A stretch of 64,000 nucleotides of DNA, from assembly GCA_965238275.1 (NCBI GenBank), contig OZ250186.1, positions 2,144,001 through 2,208,000 on the forward strand, given 5' to 3'. Positions 16,662 through 27,635 of the stretch are shown here, in pieces. The position numbers were made by a program, and so were the translations under genes. Below the pieces are notes generated by a model, which was not told where the DNA came from, made no database searches, and worked only from the letters and a program-made list of their open reading frames with translations. Numbering within the stretch: position 1 is the stretch's first letter; each line of letters starts with the position of its first letter. Source of the stretch: Nitrosopumilus sp. (GTDB lineage Archaea; Thermoproteota; Nitrososphaeria; Nitrososphaerales; Nitrosopumilaceae).

Positions 16662-18749
16662 ACGCCGACCTCGTCGATCCTGTTGAGTTGTTCCTTCTTC
16701 CTCTTCAGGGCCGCAAATATTCCCAGAATTACGGCAATCCACATGGTGGCAAGGAGTATGTTGGTGATGCTGACGTACATGTATGGCATTGCATCAGTGA
16801 CGTTGGACTGCAGCAGCAACGCCCTGCTGTTGATGTCCATCATTCCGGTATGGTACGCAGAACTGTCCTTTGGGACGGTTGCAATCTTTTGAATGCTCTC
16901 AGATATGGTGTTGATGTCAGTCTGGATTCTAAGGAAGTTTGTAGACTCTGTGGCAAAGAGCCATACGGGGTTTTTGGCAACAAGCTCGCCGCCCGTGTCG
17001 GTCGTTTCAGGCAGCTTTGTAAGCACGATCGTCATGTCATTATTGATTGCAGCCAGATGGGCCTGGATGACTGCAGGATCAGATGAGCCGACTGTCAAGG
17101 TTACCCCTTATCCTGTCAAGCGGGTATATGTCAGAGTTGTACCCGTAGAGTGCCATAAATCCGCCAAACATGATAACTGCAACTATTCCCACCATCGAAA
17201 GCTTGTAAACCCTGTTAGCCATCTTCTCCTTCTCAGTCATTACAGGATTGGGGTTTGATTTATTTCTTTTATACCGGGTGTGCGACAGGCTCATGTAGGC
17301 GATATAAAAGAACCCGACCACCTGCAGTCCGATGATCGGTGCAAAGATTGGATTGTTTGAGAATATGGCAATGAATATCCCGGCCACGCCGTACACTCCA
17401 AAGAATATCTCCAGGAGGGTGGTCTGGGTAAAGGGCAGGTTGTATGCCTTGTTCTTCCAGCCGTCATCGTTTTTGATTATGCCGTACTTGGGAGTTCGAA
17501 GAAACTCGTTCTTTCTTCCAACCACGGCATCAAAGACTGCGACGGTATTGTTGACTGACATTCCGGCGTTATACACCAGCAGGGCCGGAAGTATCTTTGC
17601 CTTTGACTTCCACGACTTGTTGTACATCTTTTGTATTATCATGATGTATGCGCCCGGCCCCATCGCAAGGTATGTTGCAATCGTCAGTGCCGGAAGAAGG
17701 CTGATTATGTAGAGGTCCACCCTCCCTGCCAGCAGTACAGGCAGTGCCAGAAACTGTATGAGCATCAGCGGGTACACGATGTGGCGCGTCAGCTGAATGA
17801 ATGCCTGGATCTTGGTCTCCACTGCAACTGTGCGCTTGATGACAATGTCAGAGAGCAGCTTTATTGCACACTGTATGGAGCCCTTTGCCCAGCGAAACTG
17901 CTGGCGTTTTGCCGCATTCATCTGGACTGGAAGCTCTGCATCCACCACAACGTCAGGCAAAAAGATACACTTCCATCCCTTCATCTGCGCCCTGTAGCTC
18001 AGGTCCAGATCCTCTACCAGCGTGGCCGTATGCCAGCCCCCGGAATCCTCAATGCAGTCCCGCTTCCAGATTCCGGCGGTTCCGTTAAAGTTCATAAAGA
18101 GACTGGAGTTGCTTTTTGCCTTTTGTTCTATCAGAAAATGAAAGTCAAGGCTCAGCGCCTGCGCCTGGGTTATTGCAGAGTAGTTCTCGTTGACGTGCCC
18201 CCAGCGGCACTGTACCAGGCCTATGCCCGGCTCTGAAAAGTACGGGATTGCCTTCCTGAGAAACCACTCAGGCGGGATAAAGTCTGCATCAAATATGGCA
18301 ACAAGCTCCGTGTCTGTCGTCTCCATTGCATGCTTGAGGGCGCCGGCCTTGTATCCCCTCCTTGTTCCGCGCCGGACATGCTCTATTTGAAATCCCTGCT
18401 TTTGGTAGTCACGGACGGTGTCCCTGAGCAGGTCCACGGTGTCATCATCAGAGTCGTCCAGCACCATTATCCTCATCTCGTCCTTGGGGTAGTCCAGGCT
18501 GCACACTGCACTGACAAGCCTCCTTGCGACGTACTTTTCATTGTATATTGGAAGCTGGATGGTAATTGACGGGGTGCCCAGATCAGCAGTGGGCAGAACG
18601 TCATTTCTCCTGCTGGACAGGTATGCCAGATAGTAAAAGTTGCAGGTGTACGCAGTGATTATAACCGCAGATATCATGAAGATGCTGAGCATAAAGCTTA
18701 CAAACGGAGTATAGTCCATGTTCCCTAATGCCTGAGAGGCGCCATTCAC
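16658..18749 (-). CDS. GT2 cellulose-synthase-like glycosyltransferase, C-terminal domain separated by a frameshift at ~17090
   Basis: DDS, KAGAL, DAD, ED and QQFRW motifs. The downstream frame (VGSSDPAVIQ...) overlaps the upstream stop and lacks a convincing start. Confidence 0.85.
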
Positions 18750-18767
18750 TATTTATAGTTGCAAGCG

Positions 18768-19715
18768 CTATTTCGGCTCGAATATCTTGATTGCCTGGGG
18801 CGGACAGACCCCCTCGCAGGCAAGACAGAATATGCAGTCAGGCTCCTTTGACATCAGCGGCTTCTTCTCGGATCCGGGGTTTCCCGGGGTGTCAAACCAC
18901 TCGTAGACGCTGACCGGACAGGCCTCGATGCAGCCGCCGTCGGCAATACAGATGTCATAGTCTACAGATACAAACTCGCCCCACACGCCCATGATTCCGT
19001 TGCTGGTGCCTCTTCGGCCCCAGGTCTTGATGGTGTGTTCTGCAGCATCATACGAGAGGGACGGCTTGAGTTTTGATTTGAATTCGATGTCGATTGGGCC
19101 ATCTTTTGCGCCGTCTGGAATCTCGATTGCGCCGTCGTCTTCCTCGTCCAATTCCTCGGTAGCCTCTATCGGCTTTGGCTTTGCGCCAAGGACGATCTTG
19201 GCCAGCGGGGTCAGATCCTCAAGTTTTTGAAGTGCCACCACCTCGGAGATCTTTTCAGATTTTACATAATATGCGACAAGCTTGTCTGCAAGGATGGTGT
19301 TGCGCAGTATCGTATCGATGATCATCTTGGCAAAGTGATCGGCTTTTTTGCGGTAGTCCTGAACCCAGTTGGGATCACCGAACTTTTCAATCGGGAATAT
19401 CTGGTATATGATATCAACTACTTCCCCGGTTACAATCTCCACCGTAATTGACAGGTTCACCTCCTCGTAGCCTTTAGCGTCAGGATCATTCATGTTTCGC
19501 TCCGTCCACCTGTACGTGGCAAAGATCCTGTCAGCGTACATGTCCATCTCAAATGACTTTTTGAGGCCGTCATGAACCGACTTTAATTCCACAGGATCCT
19601 CAAGTTTGACTGGCAGTCTGTAAAGGCCAAGCTTGAAGCCGTGCAGCGGATAGACGCCGCGTTTGGCAGTGGGTGCTTCCATCGACCATACGCGATCCTT
19701 TAGGAGCAGTGACAT
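18768..19715 (-). CDS. Protein with C-terminal 4Fe-4S dicluster ferredoxin domain
   Basis: CIADGGCIEACP and CIFCLACEGVCP. Confidence 0.88.
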   Translation of the reverse strand: MSLLLKDRVWSMEAPTAKRGVYPLHGFKLGLYRLPVKLEDPVELKSVHDGLKKSFEMDMYADRIFATYRWTERNMNDPDAKGYEEVNLSITVEIVTGEVVDIIYQIFPIEKFGDPNWVQDYRKKADHFAKMIIDTILRNTILADKLVAYYVKSEKISEVVALQKLEDLTPLAKIVLGAKPKPIEATEELDEEDDGAIEIPDGAKDGPIDIEFKSKLKPSLSYDAAEHTIKTWGRRGTSNGIMGVWGEFVSVDYDICIADGGCIEACPVSVYEWFDTPGNPGSEKKPLMSKEPDCIFCLACEGVCPPQAIKIFEPK

Positions 19716-20164
19716 TCAATATTGATTGTCCGGATTTAGTTAAAAAGGTTGTCAAATGTAATTTGCGGTGTAGTATCCAAGAATCATGTCGCCTCTGATC
19801 TTGATTGTCAATCATTGATATCTGCCTCCATCCATTTGGGGTTCTGCTGTCTTATCTCGTCAGTCACACGCTTGTTGCGGAATGCCATCATGGGAGTCTC
19901 GTAGTTGTCAATGTCCAGAGAAAAGTGCAACCTGTCGGCGTTATAGTATTCGACGTAATCGTCCAGATCCTTGTAGTGCCATATCTCATCTTCGATCGTT
20001 CTGTGGAACCTTTCCAGTTTTCCGTTGGTCTGCGGGTGATATGGCCGTGAATTGATCAGTCCTACGTTGAGGTTCAGCAGCTCGTTTTCAAAGAATGTTG
20101 GGATCCAGGTTCCGGTCTGCTTCTTGCGGCCACCCCTGCCGACGAAGCACGAACCGTTGTCAGA

Positions 20165-20474
20165 CAGGATTGTCGCCGGCGTCCCGAACCTGCTGACTGC
20201 CTGACGGAGTACTGTTACCGCGTTCTCCGAAGTGGCCTCCCTGAACAGCGCAGCGCCTGTGATGCACCTGGAGGCGTCGTCAAGGTACGTAATCAGGTTC
20301 AGATTCCTCATGCGCTGATCAGGATTGTCGCCGGCGTCCCGAACCTGCTGACTGCCTGACGGAGTACTGTTACCGCGTTCTCCGAAGTGGCCTCCCTGAA
20401 CAGCGCAGCGCCTGTGATGCACCTGGAGGCGTCGTCAAGGTACGTAATCAGGTTCAGATTCCTCATGCGCTGAT
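20165..20474. repeat. 155-bp tandem duplication in the IS481 integrase domain
   Basis: Units 20165-20319 and 20320-20474 read as identical. Confidence 0.92.
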
Positions 20475-20947
20475 CATTCATGACGTGCCAGTCCGTGTGC
20501 CACATAGCATTGGAGTAGATGCGTTCGTACCTGATCCACTTGCGTTTTTTGGATTTTGCAGGAGGGTCGACCACGAGGCCGTTGGATTTCATAATTTGGT
20601 ATACCCTAGAGCGGCTCATATTGTGTCCATCACCCTTGAGTCTCCTGGCAGTCCTGGGCCGGACCCCGCTAGAATGAGACCGATCAAATCCGAATGCCTT
20701 TTGGAGCAGGGGGTCGAGGGAAGGACATGAGCAAGAGACGTAGTCCCCAGGACAAGGCCAGGATAGTGATGGAGTTTTTTACCACCAATGTGCCAGCTGC
20801 CGAATTGTGCCGAAAGCACAACGTGTCGCCTGCAACCTTCCAAGACTGGAAGGACAAGTTCCTGCAGGGAGACAAGCAGGCTCTCATAAACAGGGGGGAT
20901 GCAGCCAAAAACCATTTGGCAGAGGTGGAAAACCTCAAGCGCATAAT

Positions 20948-21685
20948 AGAAGATATGCGTAATCCGGAACTTTTTCAAACTCCGCGCTGACATGTTAGCC
21001 CTGCTGTCAAAAATTTATGATCCATCCAATTAAAACCAGAATATGCCGGTTCATACTGTTGTCGAATCAGGAAACAAGTGACCTGCAAAAAGAGAACAAG
21101 GCTCTCAGAGACATGATCAAGCGCCAGGACGCTGACATCAAGCGCTTGGAGGCAGCCGCCAAGCACGAGCAAAGCCTGTGGGGTACGCGAGACGGCTCCG
21201 AGTCTGGAGCCGCAGGAGAGCCCGCCCTGCTGCATCGCGTGGAGGTCTTTGATGAGATCATCAGAGTCGAGAAAAATCTTCATGACGCGACGCTGAAGTG
21301 CAGGGAACAGTTCCAATACATGCTTGACAGGGTCGAGGCATGGATAAGGCAAAGCGGCAAATCCCCGCTCTTCAGGAACGACGAGACGAGGGCGTCGGAT
21401 CCCGGGAACCGCTGCAAGCTGTACCCCAGGCACGCGCTGCTCATGGCGCTGATGTACAAAAAGGGCAACCCCACGCAGGGCGCACTTGCGGCATTCTTTG
21501 GAATAGACCAGGCAACCGTGTCCCGGTATATCGATGTACTAGACGGGGTGCTTGAGGCGGTGCTGCCCACCGCTGCCAACATCTCAAAGGAGATAGCAGG
21601 CACGGAGACAAAAGAGGATCTCAAAAAAATAATTTCCGGGCCGGACGGGGGCATCATGATGATCGACGGCACGCACTGCCCCATA
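20948..21685 (+). mobile_element. IS5-family (ISL2-like) element A, 3'-truncated
   Basis: Left TIR AGAAGATATGCGTAATCC. ORF 21017-21700 is nearly identical to the N-half of 24063-25313 and breaks off after IDGTHCP. Confidence 0.85.
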
Positions 21686-23282
21686 AGAAAATATGCGTAA
21701 TCCCCCTGTTCACATCGATAAATTTAGATCAGGCACGATCGCGTCTCACATCAAATGCCAGACTCGCCTGATCAGATCATGCACAGATTGGAACAGGAAA
21801 ACAGAAGCCTAAAAAATATTCTAAAGCAGAAAGACAAAAAGCTGGAACAGAAAGACAAAAAGCTGGAACAGAAAGACAAAAAGCTGGAACAGAAAGACAA
21901 AACCCTAAAAAATATTCTAAAGCAGAAAGACAAAAAGCTGGAACAGAAAGACAGAAGCCTAAAAAATATTCTAAAGCAGAAAGACAAAAAGCTGGAACAG
22001 AAAGACAGGGAGTTGGGCCTTGAACGCGGCCTGTGGAAGAGCAGGAACGATGGCTGGAACCCCGGCAAGGGGCCCGCGTTGCACCTGCTAGAGGTGCTAG
22101 ACGGCATAATACGCGACGGGGACAAGCTCCGCCATGTCACGCTGGCAGACGGGGAACAGTTCCGGTACATGCTGGAGCGGGCCAAGGTGTTTCTGACGCA
22201 TTCGGGCCAGATGCCGCTGTTCCGCGATAACGCATCCCGGGTCTCCGATCCCGGAAACCGGTGCAAACTGTACCTGAGACACGCACTGCTCCTAGCACTT
22301 ATCCGCAAAAAGGACAACCCCGCCCAAGGCGTGCTTGCCGCATTCTTCGGGATAGACCAGACCACCGTGTCCCGGTACATTCCGGTGATGGATGCGATGC
22401 TGACAGGAATACTTCCGACGGCAGACAACATATCCGAGGAGGTAGCTGCTGCCCCGACCAAGGAGGATTTCAAGAAGATCGTGCCCGGGTCCGACGGGGG
22501 CGAGATATTCATAGACGGCACGCACTGCCCCGTGCAGCGCCCGTCTGTAAAGTCAGTCCGGCGCATGGGATACTCCGGCAAGAAGAAAAAGTTCACCAAC
22601 AATACCAACGTGTACACCAACCGGGACGGGGTGGTGATCGGCATATCAAAAAGCACCGTCGGGTCAGTCGGCGACATCACGTTGCTCAAGGAACGCCCCA
22701 TGCCGTTTGGAAAGTGGGAGGAGGCGATGCACGATCCGGACCTGCCAGAATCAGACAGGTGCCACCCCTTCGTCGACCGCGGCTACCAGGGAATCGCAGA
22801 TCACCTGCCCGGCACCACGCCGGAGATCCCGTACAAGAAGACCAGGGACACGCCGCTGACGCCGGAGCAAAAAAAGCACAACCACAGGATCAACTCCACC
22901 AGGGTGTTGGTGGAGCACACGATAGGCAGGCTCAAGCGCTACGCGCGTCTTGCCGACCCGTACGACGGCAACGCGGCCCAGTTCAACAGGGAGTTCAACG
23001 TGATCACCGGGCTGGTAAACCTGAACCTTTTGTGGGACTGCATGGAAAAGGGTCCGCCACCACCGGGGCAGTGGAAGACGTCAGTAGACTGGGACAGGGC
23101 CTGCTCCGAAGCTCCGGTCAAGTAGAATTCAGGGCACGATGAAGTGCTGCAAGGCTGCGCACGTCATTTTGGATTTTGGGGTGAACAGACTTGCCACATA
23201 CACGACACGAGCAGTTTTAGGCCGTATTTTTCCGGTTTTTTATGGCCGGGTTGGCAAAATGGGTGGATTACGCATATCTTCT
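21686..23282 (+). mobile_element. IS5-family (ISL2-like) element B
   Basis: TIRs AGAAAATATGCGTAATCC and GGATTACGCATATCTTCT. Confidence 0.88.
21755..23125 (+). CDS. DDE_Tnp_4-type transposase with expanded heptad N-terminus
   Basis: IDGTH, YSGKKK, DRGY and RVLVEHTIGRLK motifs, plus QKDKKLE repeats. Confidence 0.9.
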   Translation: MPDSPDQIMHRLEQENRSLKNILKQKDKKLEQKDKKLEQKDKKLEQKDKTLKNILKQKDKKLEQKDRSLKNILKQKDKKLEQKDRELGLERGLWKSRNDGWNPGKGPALHLLEVLDGIIRDGDKLRHVTLADGEQFRYMLERAKVFLTHSGQMPLFRDNASRVSDPGNRCKLYLRHALLLALIRKKDNPAQGVLAAFFGIDQTTVSRYIPVMDAMLTGILPTADNISEEVAAAPTKEDFKKIVPGSDGGEIFIDGTHCPVQRPSVKSVRRMGYSGKKKKFTNNTNVYTNRDGVVIGISKSTVGSVGDITLLKERPMPFGKWEEAMHDPDLPESDRCHPFVDRGYQGIADHLPGTTPEIPYKKTRDTPLTPEQKKHNHRINSTRVLVEHTIGRLKRYARLADPYDGNAAQFNREFNVITGLVNLNLLWDCMEKGPPPPGQWKTSVDWDRACSEAPVK

Positions 23283-23898
23283 AATAGGCGAGATCACCGT
23301 AGCCAACGACATTTTAAAAAAAACTTTGGAGGGAACAAAGTGATGAGGATGCAGGCCGTAAGTGACGTAAGCAAGTGCATGAGCCTGAACAGGGCCCTGC
23401 AATACTGCGGCATGTCCAAACACTCCTGGTACTACACCAAGAAGCCAAGAGACATGGCCATCATCTGGCCGCATGAGTTTGCGCGCTTTCAAGATGCAGA
23501 GGTCGTACTTGCAAAGGCCTTTGAGGACTACAACAAGGACAGGATCCACTCGGCTCTGGGGTATCTCACACCCGACGAGTTTATCGGCAAGATGGAGGTT
23601 GAGAATAGATGAGAGACATGATTATTCGGAAAAAGATGCAAAAAGTGGTACCAAAAACAAGGGTCCAGATCAGTCCGTACTGCACCCTCCGGCCTGCGGC
23701 GGTGGGCGTCCAGTAACGCTTGGATCTCCAGATCAGACGGCACGGGATTTCTCGGTCTCCCTGCAAGGATCTGTTGGTGTGCTGTTCCCGTCTTGAGGTA
23801 CTCTGCCCACAACCACTGGATGTGCCGCTGCGTCACGTGCATCTCCTTTGCCACGGTATCGGTGTCCTTGCCATTTTTCATCTGGTTGATGATGTATT

Positions 23899-25382
23899 AG
23901 AAGCCATGCGTAATCCCTCCATTTCGTTGGGTTAAACCAGAAAAACCCAGAAAATATTAAAAATTCTGATTTAATTCCCGTCATGTCAAGCGTGTGGAAA
24001 CCCGTCCTGCCAGAAATACAAAATAACGTGCGCAACCTTGCAGCACCACGATGTGCACGGAATTAATTGTTTGAAACGGCGCTGCCGGGGACGTTTGCCT
24101 CTTCCCAGTTTATTACCGGCCCCAGCGTGCTACCTGAAGGAGGTCCTTTCTTCATCTGGTTCCACAGGAGGTCCAGGTTTACGAGTCCGGTTATTATGTT
24201 AAATTCCCTGTTAAAGTCGCCAATCTTTCCTTTGTATGGCGCGGTAAGCCGGCCGTACCGCTTCAGCCTGCCGATGGAGTGCTCCACCTTTACCCTGGCC
24301 GAGTTGACGGCGTGGTTGTGCTCCTTTTCCTCCTTTGTAAAGCGCTTGTGGTTCTTGGTCTTCTTGTGCGGCTGCAGGGTGTTTGTGCCGGGCAGATCCT
24401 TTGCGATTCCCTTGTAGCCGCGGTCAGTAAGGGTGTGGATCCTGTCTTCTTCGGGGGTGTCCTCGTCGCACATCCTGTCCCACCATCTTCCAAATGGCAG
24501 CGGGCTCTCCCTGAGCAGCGTGATGTCGTGGACGGATCCCACGGTGCTGCCGGATATGGCGACTATCACCCCGTTTTCATTTATGCACACGGTGGTGTTG
24601 AGCGTGAATTTCTTCTTCTTGCCAGAATACATCATGCTCCTCATCTGTTTTTCGTCTGGCCGCTGCAGCGGACAGTGCGTGCCGTCGATCATCATGATGC
24701 CCCCGTCAGGCCCGGAAATTATTTTTTTGAGATCCTCTTTTGTCTCCGTGCCTGCTATCTCCTTTGAGATGTTGGTAGCGGTGGGCAGCACCGCCTCAAG
24801 CACCTCGTCTAGCACATCGATATACCGGGACACGGTCGCCTGGTCTATTCCAAAGAATGCCGCAAGCACGCCCTGCGTGGGGTTGCCCTTTTTGTACATC
24901 AGCGCCATGAGCAGCGCGTGCCTTGGGTACAGCTTGCAGCGGTTCCCGGGATCCGACGCCCTCGTCTCGTCACTCCTGAAGAGCGGGGATTTGCCGCTTT
25001 GCCTTATCCACGCCTCGGCCCTGTCAAGCATGTATTGGAACTGTTCCCTGCACTTCAGCGTCGCGTCATGAAGATTTTTCCCGACTCTGATGATCTCATC
25101 AAGGACCTCCACGCGATGCAGCAGGGCGGGCTCTCCTGCGGCTCCGGACTCGGAGCCGTCCCGTGTGCGCCACAGGCTTTGCTCGTGCCTGGCAGCTGCG
25201 TCCTGGCGCTTGATCATGTCTCTGAGAGCCTTGTTCTCTTTTTGCAGGTCACTTGTTTTCTGATTCGACAACAGTATGAACCGGCATATTTTGGTTTTAA
25301 TTGAATGGATCATAAATTTTTGACAGCAGGGCTAACATGTCAACGCGGAGTTTGAAAAAGTTCTGGATTACGCATATTTTCT
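23899..25382 (-). mobile_element. IS5-family (ISL2-like) element C, complete
   Basis: 18-bp imperfect TIRs. 3-bp TSD ATT at 23896-23898 and 25383-25385. Confidence 0.9.
24063..25313 (-). CDS. DDE_Tnp_4-type transposase
   Basis: IDGTH, YSGKKK, DRGY and RVKVEHSIGRLK motifs. Confidence 0.9.
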   Translation of the reverse strand: MIHSIKTKICRFILLSNQKTSDLQKENKALRDMIKRQDAAARHEQSLWRTRDGSESGAAGEPALLHRVEVLDEIIRVGKNLHDATLKCREQFQYMLDRAEAWIRQSGKSPLFRSDETRASDPGNRCKLYPRHALLMALMYKKGNPTQGVLAAFFGIDQATVSRYIDVLDEVLEAVLPTATNISKEIAGTETKEDLKKIISGPDGGIMMIDGTHCPLQRPDEKQMRSMMYSGKKKKFTLNTTVCINENGVIVAISGSTVGSVHDITLLRESPLPFGRWWDRMCDEDTPEEDRIHTLTDRGYKGIAKDLPGTNTLQPHKKTKNHKRFTKEEKEHNHAVNSARVKVEHSIGRLKRYGRLTAPYKGKIGDFNREFNIITGLVNLDLLWNQMKKGPPSGSTLGPVINWEEANVPGSAVSNN

Positions 25383-25609
25383 ATTGTATGGACTTGGCCG
25401 TTAGTTTCGGCCTCATTGCCTCACTGGATTTGTGTAGCTTAAAGTAGTCTCGGAATGTGCGCTTGACTACACCCAAGCGACATGATTTTTGGACAATAGA
25501 AAATGTAATTTGCGGATCATCAGGCCCAACCAGTTGGATGTGGGGTATGCAAATGCCTTGCGTGCGGTGCTAGCCTGCCGCGTACGTTATTTGACAGGCG
25601 AACCACGTA

Positions 25610-27058
25610 TTATCCTACGACTATGATTCCCTCTTTTATGAGGAACTGTATGGCAGATACAAACGAGGCATCATCTATGTCTCCATTTACCCAGTGTCCT
25701 GCGGTACCCTTTATCCAGTCTGGGATTGGCTTTTCCCCCGGATCCTTCTCAGACAAAGTCGGCGGAATCTGTAGTATCCCTTCGTTTACCAGAAACTGCA
25801 TGGCAGATACAAACGAGGCATCATCTATGTCTCCATTTACCCAGTGTCCTGCGGTACCCTTTATCCAGTCTGGGATTTTTTGGACAGAAACGGTGCTTTC
25901 CTTGGCAAATATTTGGACGGGGATTTCCACATAATCCGCAGTGGCGGATGGGACGATGTGCTCAGGCGACAATCCGTAAACCCAGACGACATAATTTGCG
26001 ATCCCGGGTTCCTCTTTAACGATAAAATCAATCATGGCCTGTCCGGATGGGGAGTAAAGAAAGTCTCTGCCCTCCTCCTGTGCCAGTGATCTCAGCGGTT
26101 TCAGGTCGTCATCCACTACAAGAAAGTCGTACTGAACCTGGTTTAGAAACTCGGTATCGTCAAACTTGCTGATGAATTTTATGAGCCACTGCATCTCACA
26201 GCCTTCCACGGGGTCTTCAGGTCCGTAGAAAGCGTGGATTTGGTAGTCGGAGTTGCTCGTAGGCTTTTTGACACTTACCGCTTTTTCTATACTAGTGTCA
26301 CAGCCGGATGTGGCAAGCAGATCTGCCGTGGACTCAATCCCGGCAAAGGGAGTCTCCAGGACGTTTTCCCTGTATTCCCGTAACTCGAATATGTATTCCG
26401 GGGGAGGAATGCCTTCAGATACGTGTGTATACGTTTGCGCCTTTATCGGAAAGGGAAAATCGTCAACTATCCAAACCTTACTTACGGCACCGCCCGTCTT
26501 CCAGCCAACTTGGACCGTTTCCCATGTGCCAGCTCGAACTGTGACCGTCTCAATTGCCACGGGGACTACTTGCTGGCCGCCAATGTTACCAATTTTTCCC
26601 CAAGACACCGCTGAGAATTCTTTTGGTCCCTTGCCGCCGGAGCTTCCGTCGGCTGTCGCAAATGCGGACAGCCAGACAATCGAGGATTTGAAGGCCCCCC
26701 TGTAAGTACTCAGGTTCTCAGTGCCGCCTGTCGGCTCGGGAGCGATTTTTCCCAGCTCCATTTCGCCCCTGATGACCTTGTTGCCGTCATAGACGACGAC
26801 CTCTGATAGCCACTTGATTTCGCTTCCTACCTGCTTGTCCCCCTTTATCCAGATGTCCATTTCAAATTTGACGCATTCTTTGTAATCCACATGGCACATT
26901 GAATAGGAGAAGTAGTCGCCCTGTTTGAGACCCTCGCCTGCAAACCAAGTGCCCTCTTTGTCAACGCCGCCTGCCTCAATTTGTGCAAAGGTGGTAGCCG
27001 GTATGAATAACGCCAAAAGAAGCATGGGAATAATCGAAAACAGCAAAGTTTGTTTCAA
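25610..27058 (-). CDS. Secreted/surface protein with two C-terminal IPDWIK...W...I.D..F repeats
   Basis: Signal peptide and a repeat typical of thaumarchaeal surface proteins. Confidence 0.8.
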   Translation of the reverse strand: MKQTLLFSIIPMLLLALFIPATTFAQIEAGGVDKEGTWFAGEGLKQGDYFSYSMCHVDYKECVKFEMDIWIKGDKQVGSEIKWLSEVVVYDGNKVIRGEMELGKIAPEPTGGTENLSTYRGAFKSSIVWLSAFATADGSSGGKGPKEFSAVSWGKIGNIGGQQVVPVAIETVTVRAGTWETVQVGWKTGGAVSKVWIVDDFPFPIKAQTYTHVSEGIPPPEYIFELREYRENVLETPFAGIESTADLLATSGCDTSIEKAVSVKKPTSNSDYQIHAFYGPEDPVEGCEMQWLIKFISKFDDTEFLNQVQYDFLVVDDDLKPLRSLAQEEGRDFLYSPSGQAMIDFIVKEEPGIANYVVWVYGLSPEHIVPSATADYVEIPVQIFAKESTVSVQKIPDWIKGTAGHWVNGDIDDASFVSAMQFLVNEGILQIPPTLSEKDPGEKPIPDWIKGTAGHWVNGDIDDASFVSAIQFLIKEGIIVVG

Positions 27059-27328
27059 ACCTGATAAAAATTGTCAAATCGGATAGTTAAACATTTTGCA
27101 ACTGTTTGGCGTTGTCCACGTCTTCGTCAAAAACCATCAATTAGCTTAAAGATCATTGGCATCAGGCATCAGAAAGGTTTTGGATCACCGATCCCGCCCA
27201 CAATTAATGAATCCCAATAGAAAAAAGAGGAAGGCAAAGAACATTCCGCGAGACCAAGAAAATAAGAAGAAATGGACATGTCCGGGTGCCAGAATCAGAA
27301 TAACGCCAGACTGCATCTTGGAGACGCA

Positions 27329-27634
27329 CTAGTCATCCGGACAGGTAAGAGCCCTGAGATCCGTATACCTCTTCTCCATGGCGTTGGCATGGGCCTGAAC
27401 CTGTGGCAGTCCGTAGCATTCCTTGGAAAAGTACCACCGGATCGGAACCCAGTGTCCTATACCATCCATGTCATGTATCATGCCCTTGTCGGCATTGACG
27501 TTTAGTTTTTCGTCAACAGACGTGTCCCGGATGGAGAGTCCCCTCTTGGTTTTATCCTCCATGACAAGATCCGCATCGCTTTCCTTGATTAGATAAAAGG
27601 AACCCTCTTTGAGAACAGGAAGGTCCAGTAGCAA
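27329..27634 (-). CDS. Hypothetical protein
   Basis: Directly follows the sulfurtransferase gene. Confidence 0.7.
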   Translation of the reverse strand: MLLDLPVLKEGSFYLIKESDADLVMEDKTKRGLSIRDTSVDEKLNVNADKGMIHDMDGIGHWVPIRWYFSKECYGLPQVQAHANAMEKRYTDLRALTCPDD

Positions 27635-27635
27635 T

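Larger units (their letters stand above)
20655..23672 (+). mobile_element. IS3-family element, orfA interrupted and orfB internally deleted
   Basis: TG...CA ends (TGGGCCGGACCC / GGGTCCAGATCA) and 4-bp TSD GTCC. HTH orfA starts at 20728 and resumes at 23284 with an A8 slippery run. orfB remnant ends ...YNKDRIHSALGYLTP. Confidence 0.85.
19808..25416 (-). pseudogene. IS481 transposase in three pieces (25416-25383, 23898-23673, 20654-19808)
   Basis: Removing the inserts gives MRPKLTAKSIQYIINQMKNG...EGAVRTARRLKG...WHTDWH...SDNG...PQTNGKLERFH. Confidence 0.88.
19769..25500 (-). mobile_element. IS481-family element expanded by nested insertions
   Basis: TIR TGTAGTATCCAAGAATCATGTCGC vs TCTATTGTCCAAAAATCATGTCGC (20/24). 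15-bp direct repeat AAATGTAATTTGCGG at 19754-19768 and 25501-25515. Confidence 0.88.

Noticed and set aside
21800-22015. Possible CRISPR-like array in the transposase 5' region
   Set aside because: These are in-frame coding heptad repeats with no unique spacers.
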